Notes: generated by a model from the letters alone, not told the origin. A stretch of 62,800 nt of DNA, filler included, from Octopus bimaculoides (GCF_001194135.2; 10 parts of 8 records of this genome joined end to end with filler, not necessarily neighbours in it); one strand, 5' to 3'; positions 26,545 through 38,329 are shown, counted from the first letter of the whole stretch. Numbers and translations are program-made.

Positions 26545-27619
26545 ATCTGTGTTCGAAGTCTTTTGTTCACAGCAAAAGATCAAAGCCTTCTTTCCTGAAA
26601 TCGTACAAAGACTCAGATAAAAGAGACTATTAACGACTTCAGTAGAATACGTGGGTGTAGTAAATGGAAAAATGTCAACCATATTTTATCAAGTCGACAC
26701 CGACCCCTCTCGCACATATGTCGTTATTTATAGCCTCCATACTTACATCCAATCAATCTTGCTTTACAAAAGTGACACCAAGCTACTAATTGGTATCATT
26801 ACCTATACCCTTGACTGTCATATTTATGTTATGTTTCCCCTCTATGCTGAAGTATGAGTCCATGACCAAGTGTTTCATATATTATTTATATCTAACTTAT
26901 ATTCTGTCTCAGCCATTGTTTCGAACAAGAACGTTCTCTCTTTAATGCTCACTCTCCTAATGGATGAAATATCCCTCCCACCACAGGTCCTATGGCTTTC
27001 TTCACTTGCAACTGTTGTTACCGTTAGGTCTAACTCATCATAAAGTAAATACCATCATGCACGATATCCAAACTGCAGTGGAAACGGCTGGCCACTGGAT
27101 TTGGTTAAAAAGAGACGATGAGCGATGGCTAGAGAAATATTGAGCTTTTTTTTTTTAGTAACCAGTTGATCTAGCAAGCGGGGCCTCATACCAGTGATTG
27201 ATGCGCATTGATGACGTCGAGAGGTAGGCCCCGAAACAGCGCGCGTCATCTCCTGATGACCCCATACACTTGATGGCTTCTGGTGTGTGGAGCCTTCAAC
27301 TGGTAGCACTTGCATGTGCAAGTTGTTTGCAAAACATAGATGAAATATCCCCCCACCACATGTCCTATGGCTTTCCTCACTTGCAAATTTAAGGGTCCAT
27401 TTAATTGTACCCAGTGAGGCAGAAATAAGTTAGCGTTTCCTTTGTTCGCTCCCAAAGGAGATGGTATTGACGTTGGGTTTACGTTTTGGACTTGATGTCT
27501 ATCCATATTTAAAATCTCCTTAATGGAAGTAATATAGTGTTTTTCTCTCATAATCTCACTGGACAAACGGACTGCATATGACAGTTTGCTGCACTTGTTT
27601 TCTTGTTCTTATTTCCAAG

Positions 27620-27800
27620 AGGTGTCGCGCTAACAAAACCGTTAGCACGCCAGACAAAATACTTAGCGGCATTAAAATGAGCAGAGATAAACTTTGCCTT
27701 TCACCATTTCGAGGTCAGTAAATATAAATACAGTTGACCACTGCTGTGAATGTAAGAGACTAAAATCCCCTTGAAATTTGACGCCTTGTACCTAGGGTAA
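27620..27800 (+). mobile_element. Degenerate SINE family A copy
   Basis: cgttagcacgccagacaaaatacttagcggc..ctttgcctttcacc..gccttgtacct. Confidence 0.6.
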
Positions 27801-27902
27801 AAAGAATTATTGCCAAGAATGGAATTAAATTTATCGGACCTTGTAACTTCCATTATTTTTCTCTTAATAAAGTCTGCGTATTTTTTAAAAATAATTCATG
27901 CG

Positions 27903-28192
27903 CCTTTTTAAAGCCTAGCCAGGCTCATGGCCCCGGTTTCTCGGTTTCCATGGCGTATGTGTTACCCCCAGCTGGACGGGACGCCAGTCCATCGCAGCGT
28001 TACTCAAGAAACAGGAAGAAAGAGTGAAAGAAAATTCGGGCGAAAGAGTACAACAGGGTCACCACCACACCCTGCCGGAGCCACGTGGAGCTTTTGTTGT
28101 TTTGTTCAATAAACACACCGGTCTGGGAATCGAAACCGCGATCCTCCGACCGCGAGTCCGCTGCCCTAATCACTGGGCCATTGCGCCTCCAC
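27903..28192 (-). mobile_element. tRNA-headed SINE family C
   Basis: Head gtggaggcgcaatggcccagtgattagggcagcggactcgcggtcggaggatcgcggtttcgattccc (A- and B-box-like motifs); body gtaacgctgcgatggactggcgtcccgtccag. Confidence 0.85.
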
Positions 28193-28561
28193 AAAGTCTG
28201 CGTATTACTGCGAAGTATCTATGTTCATGTTCTTTCTTCTTTCTTCAATGTTTGCAAAAATATTTCGATATTTCGTAAAAACGGTATTTCCTCTTTGTTG
28301 TAAAAAATAAGAGAGAGGGAGAGAAGCATGTGGATAGTAATTTTCTGATTCTGGAAGAAGGCCAACAATTTTGAGGGGAACTTGTTGGTCGATACCATTG
28401 ATCCAAATACTTAGCTGTTACTTTTTTTTTTACAGATGCCGGGGTGGGAGTTGGGGTGTAAAGATGATCTCAACGGATTTGAAATCTGAGTGTTAAAAAT
28501 TGATACAAATACTGTACGATTCGATTTCCGCCGCTTTAATGATACGGCACACACTTCGACC

Positions 28562-28624
<63 letters not shown>

Positions 28625-28651
28625 TAACAATAATAATAATAATAATAATAA
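28562..28651. repeat. (AAT)n microsatellite
   Basis: Direct reading. Confidence 0.97.
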
Positions 28652-28654
28652 TGA

Positions 28655-29119
28655 TGTGATGACATCAGGATGCAATTTGGCCTTGATAAATGTGCAAAAA
28701 GCTTCTTTTATCAAAGGAAAAATGACAAAAACATCTAATGTGAACCTTGACCAGTAAAATGTCATAAAGGAGTTAGAACCAGCGGAGAGCTACAAATACC
28801 AAGGGGTAATTGAAGGGGACAATATCAAGCATTCAGTGATGAGGGAAAGGATCAGAAGAGAATGTTATCGCAGGGTGAGAGCAATACTGAAGACAGAGCT
28901 GAACGCGAGAAACAGGATCGAAGAGATCAATGCTCTAGCCATACCAGTCATGACTTACAGTTTCAATATCGTTAACTGGTCAATTACTGAAATATGTAAT
29001 GTTGACAGGAAAATACGAAAACTGTTGACAATGCATAGAATGCACCACCCTAAGGCAGATATAGAACGTCTTTATCTGCCAAGAAAAGAGGGAGGCCGAG
29101 GACTTCTACAGCTGGCATT
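28655..29119 (+). mobile_element. R4/Dong-like retrotransposon fragment (end of RT plus thumb), cut by a scaffold join
   Basis: RMQFGLDKCAKASF..ESYKYQG..ILKTELNARNRIEEINALAIPVMTYSFNIVNW..HHPKADIERLYLPRKEGGRGLLQL; one internal stop. Confidence 0.92.
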
Positions 29120-29815
29120 NNNNNNNNNNNNNNNNNNNNNNNNNNNNNNNNNNNNNNNNNNNNTTAATTAATTAANNNNNNNNNNNNNNNNNNNNNNNNN
29201 NNNNNNNNNNNNNNNNNNNTATATATAAAGATATATATATATACACGCATTCACGTACATGTACATGCATGCATACATACAGACAGACATACGCCAAGTA
29301 ACTGCCATACATAAATATAGAGAGATCGGGCTGTATGTACAAGTCGTACGTTATCGGAATATATTCCCCTGCGTCTTCTAAAAAGGTATAAGGGACGTCT
29401 GCTGTTCACACAATTGGTGGTATATTGAATATATCGATTTTGATGTATTTTGATATATTTTGCCAACTAGCAAATAAAATATTCTACTGACAACAAGGTA
29501 CAAAGATGCTAATATTAAACGTACATATGTCGAACATAGACAATAAACTGAATTATTCCTGTTTTGTATGTATGTATGTGTGTGTGTATGCATGTGTGTG
29601 CATGTGTTTGTATGTGTGTGTGTATGTATGTGCGTGTGTGTGCATGTGTGTGTATGTGTGTGTGTATGTATGTGCGTGTGTGTATGTGTGTGTGTGTGTA
29701 TTTATGTATGTATATATATGTATGTCAGCTACGGATAAGTCACTCTCTTTATACCATTTTTCCATACACGTGTGTGTGTGTGCGTTTATATATATATATA
29801 TAGATAGATATGTAT

Positions 29816-29847
<32 letters not shown>

Positions 29848-30021
29848 TCTTTTATTTGTTTCAGTCATTTGACTGCGGCCATGCTGGAGCACCGCCTTTA
29901 GTCGAGCAAATCGGCCCGAGGACCTATTCTTTTTAAACTTAGTACTTATTCTATCGGTCACTCTTGCCGAACCGATAAGTGACGGGAGAGGTAAACACAC
30001 CAGCATCGGTTGTCAAGTGAT
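29848..30021 (-). mobile_element. SINE family B 3' half
   Basis: Reverse complement of cttgacaaccgatgctggtgtgtttac..ctaaaggcggtgctccagcatggccgcagtcaaatgactgaaac. Confidence 0.88.
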
Positions 30022-30174
30022 NNNNNNNNNNNNNNNNNNNNNNNNNNNNNNNNNNNNNNNNNNNNNNNNNNNNNNNNNNNNNNNNNNNNNNNNNNNNNNN
30101 NNNNNNNNNNNNNNNNNNNNNNNNNNNNNNNNNNNNNNNNNNNNNNNNNNNTATATATATAGATAGATATGTAT

Positions 30175-30206
<32 letters not shown>

Positions 30207-30429
30207 TCACACACACAGTTACCTTTTGCGTGTCAATTGAATGTAAATTGCAGCAAGGATGACCGTGTTCTTATCAAATTGATTTCATAGACACGAACTT
30301 CATATTCGGTCTCACTGCATGGTCCCTCAAATTTAACAAACGCTCTACTATGAATATCAGTTGACGGAAAATGTGCTGAAGCTTCCTATATGTATATATT
30401 ATACATACATGTATTCAACGTTTATGTAT

Positions 30430-30660
30430 GTATCCTTTCCTATCATTTATGTGATCGAGGTGTTGCACCAGTCAACCTGTCAATCCGTCTAAAATCCGAG
30501 GTTTATCTCAATTAAGCCGGGTCCAAAACAAAATACATTTCCTCACCAGGTCGGAGACTGATAATAGAAACCGGAAATGGAACTCAGAACGGAAACAATC
30601 GTAACAGATAACGCAAAACTTTCATCCAGTTCTCTAACCACCTCGCTAATTCGCCGCCGC
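30430..30660 (-). mobile_element. Old degenerate SINE related to family A
   Basis: ggcggcgaattagcgaggtggttagagaactggatgaaa..gttctgagttccatttcc on the minus strand. Confidence 0.5.
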
Positions 30661-30821
30661 TTCGTAAATATAATAGAGATAATATTTAATGAATTATTAG
30701 TATTTCTGGAATGATTTATCACAATGTCAGTTTAAATACTTCAAACAATTAATCTTGCCTCCGGTGATCATTTTCTGCGTTTACATTTCATTTCACTCTA
30801 ATAATGAGTGTTTTTGCGTGT

Positions 30822-30822
<1 letters not shown>

Positions 30823-30869
<47 letters not shown>

Positions 30870-30906
30870 CCTACCTACCTACCTACCTACCTACCTACCT
30901 ACCTAC

Positions 30907-30953
<47 letters not shown>

Positions 30954-31090
30954 CCTATGTATGTATGTATGTATGTATGTATCTATCTGTGTGTGTGTCT
31001 GTGTGTGTGTCTGTCGCATTGTTTGTCTGTGTGTCTGTCTGTATGTATGTGTGTGTATGTATATATGTGTGCGTATGTATGTGCACGCGC
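30823..31090. repeat. (TATC)n(TACC)n(TATC)n(TATG)n compound tetranucleotide microsatellite
   Basis: Direct reading. Confidence 0.95.
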
Positions 31091-32008
31091 GCGTATTGAG
31101 TTATACATTTTCTTTATTCTGCATCACAATTTGTTTATAAGTTGCTTCCAAAGATCATATCACTGGTTCATTGCAATTCTGACGGCCACTGTGACAAGAG
31201 GAGATTCAGCATAACTCACTACAGAACAAATATCACAGGCGAATTCCTTCAAGGAAACGCACAAGCTTTTCACTTGCTTGCTTAGAAAACATAACATCTG
31301 TTGTCGGTTTATACCGGCAAAAGATACATAACAGTGTATCTGTGAGTGCATGCACTATTAGTAAAAGTTTGGGTTTTCCCTCTCGCCTTTTAGATCTAGA
31401 ATTAATAATTTGTAATATAACTGTATTCATCAATAAAGGCTTAAGGTTATGCGATGAACATTTCTTGGCTTCAGTTATTTGAAGACTTGGTAGCGTCCAG
31501 AATATAGTTCGCTGATGAAGTCTCATAAGACTGGAAAATATCTAGACTTGTCATTGATACTTTGAAAAATCAGACAAACACTCGGTTGCATTCTGAAGGT
31601 AGTTAAAATTTAGTTACTTTAAATTTCGGTAAGTGTTGACTTCACTCTATGTTTTCCGGCATGAAATAGGCAAGAAATGTTTTCTGATTGTTAAGAGTGG
31701 AGGTGGGTCTCCGTCGTTTGACGAGGATGATTCAATTTACCGATCAACCGAATTCTCTGATTGCTTGTGAATCACGTTGTAAGTGACTGACCACAGTTCA
31801 CCGACTCGTGTACCGTTTATGTAATTCACGCACAGAGTCATCGCGACACAGTGAATTACGCTTTGAATTACTGGTACTATCCATATATATATATATATAT
31901 ATATATATNNNNNNNNNNNNNNNNNNNNNNNNNNNNNNNNNNNNNNNNNNNNTTAATTAATTAANNNNNNNNNNNNNNNNNNNNNNNNNNNNNNNNNNNN
32001 NNNNNNNN

Positions 32009-32086
<78 letters not shown>

Positions 32087-32297
32087 TTTCTGCAACATGA
32101 CTGTCACTTTGATTCAAGTATGATTTGGTAAACAAAATGGAGACTCTTGTACTATTTTTGAAATATAATGGAAGAATTTCAGCACCCTCATTTTCACTTT
32201 CATTGCATCGTATTCTCTTAGATGCTGAGTTGTTGTAAACATGGCATAAGATACTGTCGAATATTTTTCATATCTTTCCAACGATATTTTCACTTAC

Positions 32298-32546
32298 TTT
32301 TTGTATTCTCTGCTTATTTTGATCCATTTTATAGCCTTTTGCCATCATGTTTTTGTCAGTGCATGTCTTGTCCCATTTATTATCTTTAAGACTACACGTT
32401 ATAAGGGGGTTTCGACTGACGACATTCACATAAGTGATCTTGGAGCATCTTCTGCGATATCTTCTACAACCCACCTCATTATAATTCAAAGACTTATGGA
32501 TTTTGTCCCCTCCATGTGCACCAAGTGTATCAGCCCCAATGGGCGT
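32298..32546 (-). CDS. Candidate internal exon (83 codons, phase 0-0), product unknown
   Basis: Acceptor tattattatag|, donor aaa|gtaagt, stop-free frame TPIGADTLGAHGG..QNKQRIQK; no recognisable domain. Confidence 0.33.
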
Positions 32547-33121
32547 CTATAATAATATAGACATATTTGTAAATCTCAGTTCTTCTTAGTTGATAAAGCT
32601 TCGTTATTGATCACAGTTGTGGTACTTGGCACCTTCTCAGCGTTTTATTATTATGCAGATACAGCACAGACTAGTGAAGTATACACGTGGGGGAGAGTAC
32701 ATTTGTGTGAGTGTNNNNNNNNNNNNNNNNNNNNNNNNNNNNNNNNNNNNNNNNNNNNNNNNNNNNNNNNNNNNNNNNNNNNNNNNNNNNNNNNNNNNNN
32801 NNNNNNNNNNNNNNNNNNNNNNNNNNNNNNNNNNNNNNNNNNNNNNNNNNNNNNNNNNNNNNNNNNNNNNNNNNNNNNNNNNNNNNNNNNNNNNNNNNNN
32901 NNNNNNNNNNNNNNNNNNNNNNNNNNNNNNNNNNNNNNNNNNNNNNNNNNNNNNNNNNNNNNNNNNNNNNNNNNNNNNNNNNNNNNNNNNNNNNNNNNNN
33001 NNNNNNNNNNNNNNNNNNNNNNNNNNNNNNNNNNNNNNATATATATATATGTATGTATGTATGCATATATATACATATATATACATATATACATATACAT
33101 ATATATATAAACGTGTATATG

Positions 33122-33163
<42 letters not shown>

Positions 33164-33289
33164 TAAAGTATGGCGGCGTACTTCACAGGTGACCTAAAAG
33201 ACTAGGTACGCTAGGTAGATGATGCAACAGACTATCTACCAGGGTTCCAAGGTAGTTATGGAGATATTGTAAATTTCCGATAGAGAGGA

Positions 33290-33453
33290 TATATAAACTA
33301 TTTACATGATTTACATTTGTCGGATATTTGTCCTCACCTTGTTGATAATTAATATAACATTTCGGCTGATATACCTTCCTGCCTTTATCAGGTGTCTTGG
33401 GGAAATTTAGAACCTGGGTTCTCACTCCTAAGGTATTTTTGATGTTATTATTG

Positions 33454-33496
<43 letters not shown>

Positions 33497-33570
33497 TATC
33501 ATTCAGGTCACTGCCCGGAATCGAATCTAGGGGTTAGTAGCCTGCACTCTTAACCACTGCGCCATATGTC
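33290..33570 (-). mobile_element. tRNA-headed SINE with internal (ATG)n and a tail carrying a hammerhead-like motif
   Basis: A box TGGCGCAGTGG (33564-33554), B-box-like GATTCGATTCC (33527-33517), (ATG)n at 33454-33500, motif at 33351-33396. Confidence 0.75.
33351..33396 (-). ncRNA. Decayed minimal type I hammerhead ribozyme-like motif
   Basis: GACAC-CTGATAA-A-GGCAG(gaaggtatat)CAGCC-GAAA-TG-TT-ATATT: hammerhead core order and 4/5 stem II pairs, but G8>A in the core and a broken stem I. Confidence 0.5.
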
Positions 33571-33848
33571 AACGAGATAAATAAATAACCTATTTGTTAT
33601 TTTTATACAGTATATTCTTATACACTATGTCCTTATATACCTCATTTCATCCTTAATGCGAATCCTTAATTTCCTCCCTCATTCTCTGCCTCACATTCCA
33701 CTCATTTATTTTTCTTTCTTTTTACCATTTAATAGCCACCTCCGCTACCATCCTGTTATGGAACGTTGATATGTTCGCATCTATTTCTGGAACACTATTA
33801 AGACTTTAACCTACACGGATTTACAAAAGATTGCACCAAAGGACTTAC

Positions 33849-33947
33849 TTCTACATGATCGAAAATTGGAACTGTGAACATTATGCTTCTTTTTTCTTGT
33901 TGTTCCTCATCTCCATATTCCTTTTCTTCTGTCCTCTGCGTCGTCAT
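33849..33947 (-). CDS. Candidate first coding exon (33 codons), phase 0
   Basis: MTTQRTEEKEYGDEEQQEKRSIMFTVPIFDHVE|gtaagt; phase-compatible with 32298-32546. Confidence 0.22.
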
Positions 33948-34209
33948 TTCATCAATCTATGCACTTCTCATTTTCCCTATTTATTTCCGATGGCGAATAT
34001 TCTATACTCTGGGATATACCAGAAACATCTGTAAGATTTTGAAATATCATTTATATTATTATATTTATTTTTCATATTATTGATTTTCTTATTATCATTA
34101 AATCATTATTTTTTAGTCTATTAATTATTATATTTATGTTTTGTATTATGATAATACATATTATTAATACCATAATTACCTCAATAAAACTTAAAATTCT
34201 TAATGTTAG

Positions 34210-34474
34210 GTTTATTATTATAGAAAATATGAGAACAAAATTTGGTTAATTATTCCTTATGCAGTTCAACTTAAAACAAACATTATTAAAGAGACTTTAA
34301 ATATAACTGAGGTATTCATTAGCGATAATAAATATTATAATAACATTTTTTCTAGTAATACTTTTGGAGTCGGTTATTCTACTACTAATAATGTTGATAA
34401 CATTATTTCTTCTTTTAATAAATTTAAGCTGAATAAGTTTTACAAAAACAAATCAAATAAGTATTCCGATAATG

Positions 34475-34533
<59 letters not shown>

Positions 34534-34980
34534 CAGAATATAATTAATTGTACATGTAGAGATAAAACTACATGTAAATTTAATAATAACTGTAATTTGG
34601 AAGATGTAGTATATAAATATGTAGTGACTTTGATTGAGGATAATAATACGGATGGTTATAATTTAAATAATATTTACATAAGGTCGACTTCTAATAAAAT
34701 TAAGGGTAACTCAATATATGAATTCCTTTAAGAAAAGAAATATTCTTAGTAAATATATATGGCACTAAAATCTAAAAATAGTAAGTGCAATTTAAATTGG
34801 GAGATAGTTTCTAAGGCAGAATCTTATCGAATAGGTGGCAATTTTTGCTTATTATGTACTAATGAATTTAAGGAAATATTATTAACTGATAATAAAAAAA
34901 AAATGCTTAATTCCTTAGATAAACGAAACATTTAAATGCAGACATAAGTTAAATTACTTATATAATAAGCTTAACTAATT
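34210..34980 (+). mobile_element. Penelope-like element (PLE) remnant: linker plus GIY-YIG endonuclease
   Basis: Open frame 34210-34731 without ATG: IWLIIPYAVQLKTNI..NIFSSNTFGVGYSTTNNVDNIISSFNK..NCTCRDKTTCKFNNNC..VVYK..IYIRST; after frameshifts LSKYIW, WEIVSKAESYRIGGNFCLLC, KCRH. This matches the PLE endonuclease architecture. Confidence 0.88.
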
Positions 34981-35418
34981 TGTGTATATATATATATATA
35001 AACCCTATTTCATGTTACTAATTGTTGTAGTTTTAATTTGTACTAGTAAAAGGTGTGTAAATTAGCACGAGTTTATATAGTATATGTTACATATTTAGAA
35101 TATGATTAAACTAAGATGTTTATAAAATAAATAAATAAATAGGCGTAGGANNNNNNNNNNNNNNNNNNNNNNNNNNNNNNNNNNNNNNNNNNNNTTAATT
35201 AATTAANNNNNNNNNNNNNNNNNNNNNNNNNNNNNNNNNNNNNNNNNNNNATTAACAGTGAGGCATAACAATCTTCGACGTTGACGCTAGGGGACGGATC
35301 TGTCTGTTTAGGGTACATTTTTTGAGACAACACCGTCTCCGAGCTCTCGTGACGTAGCTTCTTAAGGCTAGCAGATCTATTTCGAGTAAGTGGCCCTTCG
35401 TGATTCGGTCGATGACCA

Positions 35419-35419
<1 letters not shown>

Positions 35420-35501
<82 letters not shown>

Positions 35502-35502
35502 C
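35420..35502. repeat. (TAT)n tract, which is the (AAT)n tail of the minus-strand element
   Basis: Direct reading. Confidence 0.95.
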
Positions 35503-35504
35503 AT

Positions 35505-36010
35505 TCCAAACAATAACCTGTTAATTTAATAAGCAGCGATGCTATCGTGTGTGTTGGTAAGAACGCTCTTCAAATCTCAAGAGGCTTTCTTAGAATTCCA
35601 GCACAACATAGGATTGCATTTTTCTGTAGGTCGACCATTTGAGTTTCAATTACAAAATCCTTCAGCCATTTAGGTAGGAGTCAAGTTATTGTGCCAAGTG
35701 TATCAAAAATCGCAGGAATAATTGCTGTTCCAGAATCTCGATCACTCTTCTGCTTTCTAATATTTCTCACTTGCTTCAATTCCTTCTGTATCCACTGCAT
35801 TATACGATGGATTTTCAAAGTCTATGAACTTACACTATCCGTTTTTTTTCTTTTGGTCTCCTTGTTTCAATAGTGTTCTTGTTTCAATAGTTTTCTTGTT
35901 TCAATACTGCGCTCATTCTTTATGGGGGGAGGGATCTCATAATATTCCTCTAATTCATATTTTTCTGTCATGCCTTCTAGTTCGTGTTCATACCAATTGT
36001 GTGTTATTTA
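35505..36010 (-). mobile_element. Old R4/Dong-like retrotransposon 3' end (RLE C-terminus plus 3' UTR)
   Basis: NWYEHELEG.., AIIPAIFDTLGTIT*LLPKWLKDFVIETQMVDLQKNAILCCAGILRKPLEI*, then a short UTR and (AAT)n. Confidence 0.75.
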
Positions 36011-36599
36011 GAAACCGAACACTAGTAGGTTAACCTAATGTACTCTTTGAACTACAAAACCCTGCGTGCACTTACATTACAACTAGTATTATTACGGTTG
36101 TTGTTGTTGTTGTTGTTGTTGCTGTGGTTGTTGTTTATTGCCTCCTCCAATCGTTTGTTTGAAGATCTACAAGTCTGCGTTTTGATTTCCGTCTTAGAAG
36201 TTTAATTTCATTAATTTTATTGTTGTATTTTGTTTTCAAGTTGACCTGGACAATATTGGCAATATTGGAATGATCAAATGTTGCTTTTGCATGCGCTACG
36301 GGGCAAAGAATTTGAAAGAATAAATTTCTTTTCCAGATATTGAAAATTTTCAATAAGTAGTCGTCTTCATTGCCGAACCAAGAACAAAGGAGGGTGGGAG
36401 CAGCCTTTGAAGAGGAAATTGTCTTCCGCCATCACTATTCCCTTTATTTTTTTAACACAAATGGAGCCGTAGCCGCTGTACCAAGAACAACAAAAGTAGC
36501 AGTAGCAAGAAATATCAAGTAACAAATCTCGAAAAATAAGTTGTGACAGCAAAGTGAGTATTATGAACTCATCACATAAATGGTAAAGGTAGAAGAAAT

Positions 36600-38190
36600 G
36601 ACGGCTCGATAACCGACAGCATTAAAACTAGAAATTAAAACTTATTTATGGGGAAGTAACTTATGTAGGCGAGAGAATATCTTTAGAAAATAAAGACCAA
36701 TATTTAAAGGAAGAAGAAAAATCATACGTAGTGGAGAAAGATAAAATATTATGTATAGGTGCTTGTCTTTGAAAAGTGGCAGGTAGGAAACGCATAGCTT
36801 CAGATCAACAGAAGGTTTGCTTAAAAAATATAATGGGATGGCTTCAGTGTTGTTACTCATGTCTCACAATTCGGCTGCAAGTGTATTTTCTTTCACTCAG
36901 AAACCTTAGCTAAGAAATACTCTGCTGTACCACAGGAAATGAGTATTTTAGATTGATGCCATATACCTGGTCGGAGAGGGATCCGCCTAAAATATCAGAC
37001 ATGCTGCCAGAACTATTTTCCGGTGGTAGAACGGGTGAAATGTGTGCTATTGGAATATTTCAGTTCACGTCTGGAAATTTAAAGACTTCAAAAAACAAAT
37101 TGGGCTGGACAATTTAAGTCAATTTAAACCAGAGATATTGCATAAAATTACCGGCCTGAGCAATCGCTGGAGTGTAGTAACTGCAGGTGGTTTTGTAAGG
37201 CAAGAAGCTGTAATCCGTGGGGATTTCGACTACCTCAAAGATTTGAGCTTCAACTAACAAGGAATATTAGCTGAAAAGTGGCTTTCACTCATATAAGCAA
37301 CATTATTTCAATAAAAGCAAAATCAGCAGCAACATCATGCATCTGTATCCCCAGTGAATGCAACACCGACCACAAGACTAAAAGCAGTGGTTACAGAAAC
37401 AACAGGGAAGACAAAACCACGAGTGGAAGCAACATACACAACAAAATAACAAATAACATCAAAACCAACTTAGGGCTGCGTGCGACGAAACAAACAATGA
37501 AACCCATAGACGTTCCCCTACCTCGTTTGGGAATTCTCAGATATATCTATCAATAAAGGGAACAGTGAAGAACTTAAATACTAAGAGATGAGCAAAGCAA
37601 AAAAAAAAAAGAAAGAAAAGAAAAGTGAACAAAAAGATGAAATCTAGCAAAAACGACTGGCAGACATATGCAAATAGGGGGATTTGCCTTCAAGTAATAT
37701 TGCACAAGCAGTACACTCAAAAGCAGTTTCAACAATACTGTGAATAACGTCATAACAATGACTACCACGAACACTATCAGAGATATCACCTTTATATGCA
37801 AAACCTTATTCATGTACCGAACAGTTAGATTACACTCCACAGCAGCAACAAAATTTAGAGATCATTTAGTACACAAACACAAACACTAATGGAATACATA
37901 CTGAACTATGCAGACATCACGAAAACTGATTTTATCACTTCAACAAATAACATACAAGCATACATAAAAATCCTCCAAACAACTTGAAAGTCATAAAACG
38001 CCACAAAAAATGCAAATATCCCAGAGGAGTGGCAGATTTCAGAAGTATTTTCAAAAAATATTCAAAGAACTACTCGTGGAAACACCCACACCTATCCAGA
38101 GAAACGGAACACTTATCCCCATCTACTGCACAAAATCACTGGCTCTTTCCTGTTCTATCTCATTGTCCCGTATAGCCTGGCTCAAAGTAG
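36600..38190 (+). pseudogene. Possible highly degenerate LINE remnant (ORF1-like and APE-endonuclease-like pieces)
   Basis: Protein-like fragments KFKDFKKQIGLDNLSQFKPEILHKITGLSNRWSVVT, VIRGDF, VIKRHKK..RGVADF, LLVETP..LIPIYC; many stops; family assignment is weak. Confidence 0.3.
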
Positions 38191-38329
38191 GCTTCATAAT
38201 TGGGCATGGCCTGAGTTTTGCCATGCAAACATGGCCACCTACTAAAGGACCGCAGGTCATGAAGCATAGATATTGTCGACAGAGATTCCGATTTGTGTGA
38301 TTTTATGCCCATTTTCGGTTGATATGTGA

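Noticed and set aside
27225-27295. GAAAC..GTC..CTGATGA in type II hammerhead order
   Set aside because: Only 5 nt between GTC and CTGATGA (no stem I), and the stem II strands (cccc/cccc) cannot pair
27903-28192. tRNA genes at the SINE heads (also 33570, 61088, 61983)
   Set aside because: A/B boxes are present but acceptor stems are not closed and the sequence continues into repeat bodies
29300-30385. One M1 aminopeptidase gene combining HFPSTD..RAFVKFEGP (30.3 kb) and IPITYDLYIQPDL (29.35 kb)
   Set aside because: The motifs are in the wrong order on the minus strand and each match is weak
31511-31545. CTGATGA-AGTCT(cata)AGACT-G-GAAA hammerhead-like motif
   Set aside because: Extra nucleotide before GAAA and no stem I or III pairing; probably chance
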